A stretch of DNA of 62,735 nt, filler included, from Choristocarpus tenellus KU-1152 (lineage: Eukaryota > Protista > Phaeophyceae), in assembly GCA_964200185.2 (NCBI GenBank). It is 12 parts of 12 records of this genome, joined end to end, with 100 filler letters (N's around TTAATTAATTAA, not from the genome) between each part and the next. Parts side by side here need not be neighbours in the genome. Positions count along the whole stretch, not along the records: positions 48,566 to 59,295 come from CAXNAD020002755.1; positions 59,396 to 62,735 come from CAXNAD020020700.1; 10 more parts are not named here. One strand, written 5' to 3'. Shown here piece after piece: positions 48,660 to 59,666 of the stretch. A program made the position numbers and the translations under genes. The notes beneath the pieces were generated by a model. The model made no database searches. It was not told the origin of the DNA and saw only the letters and a list, made by a program, of their open reading frames with translations. The first letter of the stretch is position 1, and each line of letters starts with the position of its first letter.

Positions 48660-51565
48660 GCGACTGTTTCCATTCTCGTTGACGCTGGCCTGGTACGCCG
48701 AAAAGAAGTCTCTGCCCCCTCTGGTCGTCTTTCCTGAATCTTCAAACATGAGGGTGTCCCCGAGGCTCAAGCGCCGCTTGGACGCAGAGACCCTACCCGC
48801 TACGGACCTCCTCAAGGGCTTGATTCCAGTCAAGGCCGTCTCAGACACAATGCTGCGGGCTGCGTCGGAGAGGCCCTGCACCCAGGCGGCCATCACACGA
48901 TCATCCGACAGGTTCACCGGCTCCATGGCGTGGCTTCTGGCAATCACCTGACGGAGGAGGTCCACACCCCTGGCGGATAGAGCGGCAGACGACTCTGCCA
49001 TGGAAGTCTGACTCTCTGCCGCGCCTCTCCCTAACCCTGACCCCACTGTGGTAGCCTCAGTCTCTGGCATAACTGCCGTGCCGCCTTGTTCGCTCACGCT
49101 AACAGAACCGCGAGAAGCAGAAACCGCCTCCCTGGTTGGAAATCCCCACAACATGGCCCCCTTGACCTTTCCCTCCACGGTGTAGAAAACCACGCCCGTT
49201 CCGTACACAGGGACAAATCCCTTACTGTGCAACGCGTACCGCCTGCTGCCCTCGGGGGAACTCCTGCCCACATTGCCATCGCCACCAGGGCTGTTGCTGT
49301 GCCCACGAGAACTGAAACCGTCACCGAAATGCGCCTTTCCTGACCTCGTACTGTTCCTCCGCATGGCAGAGAGGGGGGTGCCACCATCACCATTGTGCCT
49401 TCTGGTGTTCTTGCGACGGAGTCCGATCGCTTGATTGGTCCACCAAAATGCATGCGTGGTGAAGGCAGCGTTACATTCCCCCACCATGGCAAGGCGTACT
49501 CCCGCAAGTGGAACCTCCCCCACAAAGGCTGGGAGATGACTGTAGCACCTGCTGCCACCATCACTGCGGCCATCACCACTACCCCCTTCCGTGCAATTTG
49601 CCCCATTGCCCTTCTCAACCATAGCCATGTTCCTGCCTGCTATCAAACCACTATGGTGGGCATGGTCTGCAGACCGGACAACTCTCCTCCCCAGGAGGGG
49701 GCTAGGGAAGTTAGCCGCATCGCCTGCCACCCAGACCCTAGACGTCGCCATGAGCTCTGAATTTACAAAAATAGCACCGCTTTGGTCATCGGTTTCGAAA
49801 CCGCCCTGAAGCTCCACGAGGGAGGAAATGGGGGCTGAGTCCAATCCTGCAAGGATTACATGGTCCGTGCAATGCATTGCCGTGTCCAGGTGATCATACG
49901 TTTGACTGGTCATTACATGCAAGCGTCCATTATGGTACGCAGATGTTGCTTCCCTCACCTCTCTTCCAGGCTCTGCCCCTGACCCTACTTTGGGCAGCCT
50001 ATCTTCTCCTATGGGGGTAAATTGTTCCTGACCCTGTACCGTCTCTGTATCTGCCTCCATGGCAGTATCTCCAACATCTCCCTCATTGCCCTGCTTATCC
50101 GGTGAGGTTCGAAGGACAGGGTCATATTTTCTATGTGAAGTCCCTACCCACCGAACAGAACTATGTCCCAGGGTATTGACACCCCTGCTGTTGATTCGCT
50201 TGAGAACAGCTCTCAAGAGGTATCTCGGTAACAGGTGATCCAGCGGGGAGAAATCAGGGAAAACCATGTGGCAAGATCCCACAGCTGTTCCACCAGGGTC
50301 CAAACTGCTTCCAAATCCAGCATCTCGTGCTTGAGTCTCCTCTCGCAGCCAGCACACCAACTCGAGTGCTTCCCATGCAGACCCAATGACAGTTACGCCT
50401 TTTCCCGCTTTGACCTCTCCTCGAAGTCGCTCCCTCATCTCCTTATCAGAACTCACAGGGACCACAAAACCTTTGGCAGAGGGATCGATGTATCTTGGAG
50501 GAGCTTTTCGCTGGCTACACCCGAGGGCCAAAAGACATCTATCGAAACCCACCACTACGGACTTTTCTGTGTCTTCAGTGCGGTCAGGTCCGAGGCAGAC
50601 AACACCTCGATCTGCGTCCAAACCCCTCACCCTCACCCCTCGTAAGAAATCAATGTTTGACCTTTGGTAGTCTTTGTCCCTGACCTTTCCATTTTCCCCA
50701 CCTGCCAAGCGAGCAAATAACTTGCCGCCGTGGTCTATTTCGTTGGAGACGGTTTGTATCGATGGAGTCACAACTTCGTCGATGTCATGGTTGCCATCGA
50801 CGACGAGGACACGAGCTGTAGGATCATGCTCTAGGAGGGAGGAAAGTGCCGCACGACCCGCCACGCCATACCCAAGGATGACGTAAGGATATCTCCTATG
50901 TAAATGGTGCGGGGCATCACGAGAGAGGAGGAAGATGGGTGGGATGTAGTGGGTATGGAAGTGATATTTCGTAAGATATCGCCTCATATGTGATAAACTA
51001 AAGTTCGAATCGCCTCCTCATCTTAATCATATAGCACCATAGCACCTGGTGCAGGTTGGTCAGGTACATCAACGAAGGCCAGATTTCATGCTTCCAAAAA
51101 TCTAGAAGATATACGCACCGGCGTACCTCAGGCCCGAGACGCTATCGATTGAGGTTGCTGCTGATGGCAAACGCTTTTCATGTACAGCGACCTGGTGGAC
51201 GAGCATTTTATACTGGAGTTAGAACTCTTAATTTGCATTTTTCATGTAAGTGACAGTAATATCAGGGTTAACAGACCAGGAGTACTTACATCGATCAACA
51301 TAGGTCAGGTGCAACTTGGGATCAATTGATTGACAGAGCTGACCTTCTTACTATGGACATCAGCCCATATGATCTTTTCTCCTTCTGCCTCTACCACATA
51401 TGACGTACTCCCGGCTATGATGAGAGTAGCAACGGTAATGAAACTTGCACTCCCATCAAAGTTGTTGCTAAATGATGGTCGCACCAACCCCCAGTTTCGA
51501 GTCCTCCATCGTTGCCTCAATACCCCACCAATAGCCTTAGCTTTAGCTACGTGCAGCAGTCTCAT
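48660..51565 (-). CDS. AIFM1: Apoptosis-inducing factor (AIFM1-like) mitochondrial flavoprotein, divergent; 3' end uncertain
   Basis: Exons 51565-51344 (presequence-like plus hydrophobic segment), 51191-51127, and 50895 to ~48660. YVILGYGVAG FAD motif, FDRCLLALG, VNSELMATSRVWVAGDAANF…LGRRVVRSADHAHHSGLIAGRNM, YGTGVVFY…VKGAMLWG. Confidence 0.85.
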
Positions 51566-53903
51566 TGATAGTACCCCCTCGAAGGCAGTAACGACGCAAC
51601 GACGATACTGCGGTCCAGGGTCTACGATATGCCACACGACACGATGATAGTAATTGGAATCTTATGACTGACTTGGAAACTAGAAAGTTGTTGATTTGAA
51701 ATCGCGTGTGTTGACGCACGATTTGCGCGAGAATACTGTCTGAGGTGGTTAATATGGTGTAGGTAGAGGTTGATGACGCTGTAACACCCATTACAAAAAC
51801 ATCATTCAGAACAAAAGTGACGATATGTACACTCGTTAAAAAAATACACTGCCATATGTCACGATGTGTACACTTGCTAATATGGCCCATCCTCTCGCAG
51901 GACGAATCAGAGCGGGAGGTGGTCACCCCCAACAGGTTCCTCAAGAAGAGTAGAGATAGTCCGTGTTGGACTCGTCAACGCCACCAATCTGTCAAGCACA
52001 ACCCACCTAGGACGTGTCAAAACGTAGAAAGCCTTTCGTATCGTAGTTGATGCAATCTGATAGGTAAACATGACCTGCTGTGACGTATTGCAACACCTGT
52101 GTCTACAATACGACTTCATCCCTAGATTAGTTGAGCAAGTTCATGATACTTAGTGTGAAAATCATCGTCGATAGAAAAACATCACTTTTGATAAATTTAA
52201 TTCAGCGAATGTGACAATCTGTCACACTCACTAAAATGACTGTGAGTTAACAGTACCTAGTGAATTAGCGTCCATGATAGACAAAATATTATTGTAACAC
52301 CTATCACCAAATCGAGTTCTGACCGATGTGTTTCATCATTGTGCGAGAGTATCCTTCCAAGTAACTTTGGATGGAAACACTGGGTTGGTGGAAGGGGAGG
52401 GCCTTGACTGACTCGTGAGATTTTTCCTCCTTCCCAACCACCTTCATAGTGTCAGTGTAGGAGCAGTTTCAACCACAGTTGTTTCAGTAGGTTCTATATT
52501 CTTGTTCTAAAAAAACTCCACTACAACAAGGCTTGTTGTTGGTATGTATCTGGTGCACCTCTCTCTAGTATTGATTTTGTTGTGTTTGTTGCATCCCTCA
52601 CCATGCGTTTCTCCTTTAACATACTCTTCTCTTATGTTGTCAGGTTTATTGTAATCTTTGCCTGCATCTATATTTCTTTCTCCTATATGTGAACCTCTTC
52701 TGGAAAATATCAGTGGGCATTATAATCCATGTATGTAGTGCCTTTCACCTCAAAACGAAAGAATTAGGCATCCCTAGGATACACACACAGAGCAATCCTA
52801 GAACATGAGCCGGTGGCTCTTGTAGTGGGTGGTAGGGGGACTGAGAGCATTGGTAGCAAGTGAGCATTGAAGTCATGGTTGTGGCTGATTGTGTCAGTGA
52901 CTTGACAAGAAGCGATCCCTCCAGACGTTAGATGATATAGTATACACTGGAGAAACTGGTTTGGTGGGCTAGAAGGGGCTCGACCGACCCATGGGACCCT
53001 TCCTTTCCTTCCTTACACAGGCCGCCTTGGTTATGGTGCATGTTTAGGAGCAGTTTCAACCATACTTGTCATAGTAGTATTTTTTCTTCTTTATTTTGAA
53101 ATAGCCAACAACACTGCTGGTTGTGGTTGGTGTATTCAACCGACTTTTTCTATGAGAAATAACGCCGAGTGTAGTATTGTCACGTCTGTTGTATGCCTTA
53201 CATTATTTTTCCTTCATTTTCCTGACATGGACTTATATATCTGCGAAATGTCCGTGAGAACAATGATATAGAAGCAGTGACCTATGTAAAGAAGACGAGT
53301 GGAGGTACTGCAGGTCCTGAAAATACTGGGACTGTTGATAAAGAGTTACGAAAATTTAAAAATGAGAGTAAATAACAGTAAAAATGCAGATATAGAAGTG
53401 TGTAGTGGGAGGTAGGGGGGCTGGAGGTCTTAGCAGGAAGGATAGTCAAATATAGAGAGTACAACGAATTACTATATTCAACTTACAAGAAAAAGGTATG
53501 ATTATATTGCGAAGAAGGACGAAAAAAGTGATGCCACCTTCCACAAGGAAGAGGGGGAACGCGTTGCCACCCAAGATGTCCACAACCTTCACTGTTGAGG
53601 GTTTGATCCATATGGTAGATGTTGGCATATGCTACAAATACCGATAATTTCATTTGTTTCTTAGGCAAGCTCTCCTGCAGTATGCATACACACATTACAA
53701 TTGTACATACATATAATAATACATACATATATACATATATAATACATACATATATACATACATATACACATACATATATACATACATACATACAATAGTA
53801 GACGGTGCGAAAAAGGTTGACAGATAAAAGAAGGTTGTTGGGCAATTGAATCCTATAAGAAGCTCAAAATGAGACTCAAAGATCATTCCACTATAAATAT
53901 ACT

Positions 53904-56650
53904 TCAAATTATACATATTAAATTAATTCTATTTCGTAAGGTAAAACATAAAACTAAAAAAATAAATAATACGCTAGTAATAAACGTTGCCAGTACCATG
54001 ACCCATATTAACCGGTTCCAAGGAACCACCCTCAATCTTGGCACGATGATGCTAGCAATAGAGCCAGCTTGGATGGTCGCGAATGTTGTAACAGCACAAT
54101 ACAAGAAGAAGCCGTGGAAACTAGGTGATAATAACCAGACGAGCTCTAGCCACGGTAGACTACCTGCTTGCCCCGAACCATAGTATTTCCCCTGCCTTGC
54201 AATGTCAATCGTAAATTTCTTGCGGTCGATGCTGCTTGCTTTTGCCTCCTGCCACTCTTTTCTTTGAGGCAGCTGCCTACATGCTACAACAGCCAACAGA
54301 AGGCAGAGTTTGCCTGGGTCGTGGAATATTTCCGTACAACAATTACGATTACAATTACGGATCTCAAGACGGCTCCTCTCTGTACCGCCCTCTTCTTCTG
54401 GTGTTTACAACCTCAACGTTATTCCTTTGGCACGAGCAGCACTCGACTTCGTAGTCACTCCGAGACAAGATCAAACTCCTTCGCTTCCCACGCATCACCA
54501 TCTCTTTGTGGGGCACCAGACTGTGGAGTATCAAAAACCTACCTAGAGTTAACCTACCTAGAGTTAAGGTCCAAAGAAGAACTCTCCCGGTATCTAGCAA
54601 GGGTAGACATGCGGATGAGCTCGGCCACAGTATTGTCCGTCATCATCTCACACACTGTCTCTGTGAGAGCACGCCTCATTCTCAATGATTCGATATCCCC
54701 GAGGGGACCATCAACTTCATCAGGAATTGCAAGTGTTTCTCTCTTCACGAAACCACTCTGCCCACCAGTTCTCACCCTTGAGAGGTCAGATACAAATGCG
54801 ACCCACTGCTCACTATACTGCCCCAATACATCTGCCGCTACATCAAGGTTAACATTTCTGCCCCCATCCCCCCTTGGCCCTTCCTCCTCCGCCGCCACCT
54901 CATGCCAACATGCATCATGTCCTCCGGTGCCCCTGCTTGCCTGCGGGTGTTGTTTTGGTCGTTGACTCAGACGAAGCAAACAGTTTCGCCTCACATCAAG
55001 AAGCAACGCCTTCCATGCACTCGCACCTTGAGCTGCTTCGACCTCAATCCCTTCGGCACATCTGTTAGACCTGCTCGATTGGAGCTTTTCCTGACTTGCC
55101 ACTCCTCCCCCTGCCTTAGGAATGCTGTCCCCACCACCAAACTGGGCCCCAGTCGTACTGCCTTGGCAGGCGTCCAATGCCACGGTTGATACGAGAGGTA
55201 CTGGAGCCCTGCAACGAGCCTTACAGAGGCGAGCACAGAAGTCGGATTCTCTTACTTCAGAAGGTGTTCTCCGAATCTGACTTGTTTGATGACTCTTAGG
55301 TCGTCTGTTCATTTTCGTGAGCGCTAATGAAACCACAGTGTTTGACGGTCTGCTCTCATCTGGGATGACCAGTGGTACACCCCTGGCGACACCTAGCCAC
55401 TTCTCATCTCCCTGCCTTTGTTTGTTCAGAGCTTGAACATCCATACGTTCTTCCAATGCAACCCCCTTACCAGTATACCTGTGCCGGGGTGGACGAAAGC
55501 CTTCGCATGGTGAGGCATCGTTGAGTTGAGTTTGTATGGGCTGCTGTGGTGGTGCACCCGTGAAAGTCGTCACATCTTGGTGCAGTCTTGGAGAACTCTG
55601 AACCACTCGAGCATTAGTGGTCACAAACAGGATGAAGCAGATGATACAGACACAATTCATTGCAGCGTTAGCAAGGAGCTATGGAAGAAGTAAGCTCAGT
55701 CACATGGGCGTTGACTGTATTGATCCATCAGTTTTTTTGTCAATAAGATGTGATGCTTTAGGTTTTTGCATCATTCAACCACCTGGAAGACTTCTTCCAC
55801 AAGAAAAAGAAGCACAGATGAGGATAGGCTTAACCAAGTGGATTTTAGGTTTGTGCTCAATCCCTCAACGTCAATTACCCGTAATTCTTGAGCTCACCAC
55901 TGGAGGAGGTGATGCCCTAGACATGGTATCGTTCCCTTCAAGCCAAGGATTACCCGAAATTACTATCGCATTTCCAGGAGGACACTCACTCCCTACCAGA
56001 GCAACATTCATGCACTGATGAATGTCCCCGTTGGATGTCAATGGATCCTGTGCATCTAGTTGTTCGCATGGACCTGCGCCGGCAACAAGCAGTGCAAGCT
56101 CTGTAATTGATCCATTTTCATTTTGATATCACACCAGTTGGCTGCAAGTGTTGGGCTGAGGAGGACGCAGTGGTTCGAGGTCTTTCGCCATACCTACAAC
56201 ACATCGAAACAATTGAATATCATATTTAAAGCATGATTACGAAACGTTGCCTAGGCCCAAGCACATGCTCATCCATGGGCCATCTTCCCACCCAGAGTCA
56301 TAATGTAGAAAAAGTGTGGTCCCCTAGACGACTCGATAGTCTTTCTCACCACCATTGACACGGGCACTAGATACCATGGTTGTCAAGATCCCAAAGTCCG
56401 GGCTTCCAGCTCCTTTCATCAATGACTCAGGACTACCCAAGGCACGGAAGGAATGCAGTGCCTCTTCTCTTCGCTGGTCCTCTTTATGTGAGAAGGTCTC
56501 CTCCAGCTCCGACAGGCTAGGACTGAAATCACCATGTCCCTGCGACCCAACCTCGAAGTCGGTGGAGTATACTACCCCTTCACTCAGATCAAGGTAATCC
56601 TTTTCGCAGAGATCCATGTTGCTTGCTGGTGGAACGAGCGGGTCTATTCA
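53904..56650 (-). CDS. Uncharacterised multi-exon gene (low-complexity exons plus hydrophobic C-terminal exon); structure uncertain
   Basis: Open frames ~56650-56324, ~55600-54558 and ~54278-53904. An AG|gtag donor near 54557 joins in phase to tgtag|G CAG CTG. The last frame has 2-3 TM-like segments. Confidence 0.45.
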
Positions 56651-58059
56651 CTGCGGCAGACCAGTATACCTGCAAAGTTGACGCTTAAACTCCCAATTCC
56701 CCTGAAGGTTTTGATAGAAAGCACAACGGTTCAACCCCGAAGTCTACGCACTGCCAAGTCCCAACTATGTTCGTTTATTCGAATTGCAGTGTTTAAAGTA
56801 AGGGAATATCAGCTTTACGGGAGGCGGATACTGCTGTACGTCGTATTTGTGTTTTCTTGTGTGCTTGGGTGGGAAGGTACTATTTTATCAAATCCCGATC
56901 ATTATCATAATGGATACAATTTGAAGGTTTGTGAGTTTAGTTCCTGGTGTGATATGATAACGCAACTATGAAATTACGAAACCTAGTATAATATTGTTTT
57001 TTCGTAGACGTTTTCTGTATAAAACAATAAAGTAGGAATTGAAGTGCCGTTTTCACAGGTTTTGTTTACCTCCTCATGGGATTTTAAAGCAAACATCTTG
57101 GTTCCGTGTACATCTTGGTAATACTCCAAAGCTCAAGGCCTATTTCGCAAGGTCGTCAAGTCTCTACATTTCTGTAGGTGTACCACAACAATACAAAAAT
57201 CCTGAAGGAGTTTGAGCATTGGCCAACTGACGGGGTACAAAAAGGACATCAACGAAACGCTTGATTTACCATGAACCCACCTGGGCATTGTCCCTCCTCA
57301 GGACAGATGGAAGCTTCGACCACGAGTGACATCATTGGAGTCGGTATGAGGAAGAAATGGGATACTCTGTTGGGATCCCTTATGATTGAGAGCACACTTG
57401 GGATCATGCGTACAGGGATGTGTCCTTGTTCTCATGGACACACCAAACAGATTTGGGTTAGTGACCCAACGAATCCGGGGTCGCGAAGACCAGCAAACGT
57501 CTGCAGGAGGAATGAGGTAGGAATTTTTCCTTATTGATAGTACGACATTGCTGACTTGACGAATCCCTCTTTTAGGACGTCTTCGGGTAAATGCAGTTCT
57601 GCTGTTCTTGAGTCTTGAAACCGACACCATTCCAGTATGCCTCCTTCCTCCATTGCTCGTGCTCGGCGCTTGCACGTGCAACTGCAGTACAGCACGTATC
57701 AACGATATACTGGAAATTTTTCTCATAGTTGCGGACTTAATAATCTCGAATATGCTGTTTTCGGGGGACTAGAGCAACTACTTTCCTGAGATGAAGGATT
57801 GGTTTGTTTGGACGGCCAACCTACCGTTCTTGGTACCATTCTAATTTTGTATCTCATCCTCGCCTGATGAACAATTTTTCGAGAGAAGAAAGACAGGATT
57901 GTTTCAAAGAAGAATCCCCCCCCACCTGTGAGTGAAACCATGAGTAACCGACTTCAACCCTGTCCCCAACCGACAATCCCGTACACGTTCGCGTGTTTTT
58001 GTGTGCCACGGTAGTGTCTCTTTTTTGCGTACGCCAACGTTCCTCTTGTTGCTGTCCAG

Positions 58060-58322
58060 AAACCGCTTGATGGTTCGGGGCCTGTGGCTGATGAATTCTC
58101 TCTCACAGTGCGCTTGGTCACCAGCGTCATCACCAGCGGGAACGTGATACAGATTCCACCTTTACCTCCTGGGATGGAGAGTCCTGACCAGAAAGACGTG
58201 ATGCCCCAAATCGAAAGGAACGCGGAACGCGACCTCTTTTCACTGCGATTACAGTTCAACCATGTGTACATCAATCTATTCAAGGCTTCCGTACCAGGAA
58301 GAAAGTGGCGACCCAACAAGAA
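58060..58322 (+). CDS. Probable exon of an unidentified protein
   Basis: tgtccag|AAA CCG… open to AA|gtaagt; KPLDGSGPVADEFSLTVRLVTSVITSG…FSLRLQFNHVYINLFK. Confidence 0.55.
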
Positions 58323-58686
58323 GTAAGTCGTCCCATCCTAGGTACTAAGTTACTATACAGGGTGGGGGGGGAGGGGGGGGGCTGTGCGCGCACAGTGTCC
58401 TTGCGATTAATCTTTGGCTGTTGCCACTACGTCATATGACCTCAGCAACGAGTAGGGAGAGAACACCTTAATGTTCAACACCTGTGGCGGCGTTTTCGTC
58501 GTGAATATTTCCGTCAATGGATTTCGTTCTGCAGCAGCATTGCCTGTCAACAAATTTGTTTTGCTTTTTTTTAATACATTTCTGTGCGTGAGTTTTCCTC
58601 TGCCTCCACCCCCATCACCGGTCAAGCATTTATTAATCCAAAATATAATACAAATCCCGATTCCATTTTTTCTTTTTTGTTGTTGT

Positions 58687-58941
58687 AACACTCAATACAT
58701 GCTTACAACACTCAATACATACTTACAACACTCAATACATGCTTACAACACTCAATACATGCTTACAACACTCAATACATACTTACAACACTCAATACAT
58801 GCTTACAACACTCAATACATGCTTACAACACTCAATACATACTTACAACACTCAATACATATTTACAACACTCAATACATGCTTACAACACTCAATACAA
58901 ACTTACAACACTCAATACATACTTACAACACTCAATACATG
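58687..58941 (+). repeat. 20-bp minisatellite, ~13 copies
   Basis: aacactcaatacat(g/a)cttac unit. Confidence 0.95.
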
Positions 58942-59143
58942 CTTACAACACTCAATACATACCCGTCCAAAACACACACACACCCACAAAAACACAAAAT
59001 GCCAGATGTTGGGAGTTTCCTACTTCCTCCTCCCCAGCCTTCGTTGCATTTCACCGATCTATCAACTTCAATGTTCCAAGAGAAATCGAAGACATCGCCA
59101 AGGGACTGTCTACTAGAAGGAGGATTAAAGATGTACCGGTGGG

Positions 59144-59241
59144 TTGTTGTTATTTATTATTATTATTGTTGTTTTTATTATTCTTATTATTATTATTGTT
59201 ATTTATTATTATTATTATTGTTTTTATTATTATTATTATTA
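59144..59241 (+). repeat. (TTA)n microsatellite
   Basis: Directly visible. Confidence 0.9.
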
Positions 59242-59446
59242 TAGCGCATGGTGTCCCCCGCTCTTGTCAACCCCCTCGCCCTGAACTCTACTTGCNNNNN
59301 NNNNNNNNNNNNNNNNNNNNNNNNNNNNNNNNNNNNNNNTTAATTAATTAANNNNNNNNNNNNNNNNNNNNNNNNNNNNNNNNNNNNNNNNNNNNGCTTT
59401 GGCTTCCGCCTTCGGCGGTTCTCTGCGCCCTCGGCGGGGCGAGGGG

Positions 59447-59491
<45 letters not shown>

Positions 59492-59666
59492 AGGCAGAAC
59501 CCTTTAAATAAAGGTCCAAGGGATTCTTCAGGAATGTTTCAGGAACAGCCACTCCTTGCCTGTCTGATCACACCCTTCCTAACCCCAACCTCCCCTCCCA
59601 AAACTTCATGACTCATCCATCAATCAAAGGAGTTCCACAACTTCCTACTGACTTTCTTCCACGCAG

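Noticed and set aside
50896-50987. N-terminus of the 825-aa ORF as the AIF start
   Set aside because: It is intron read-through; a tag acceptor at 50896-50898 joins in phase to two upstream exons that encode a presequence-like N-terminus.
58471-59244. 257-aa ORF with repeats
   Set aside because: Arises from a 20-bp minisatellite and a TTA microsatellite within an intron.
6024-59395. Recurrent TTAATTAATTAA motif and ORFs ending in …LIN
   Set aside because: Artificial contig linkers; adjacency across them has no biological meaning.
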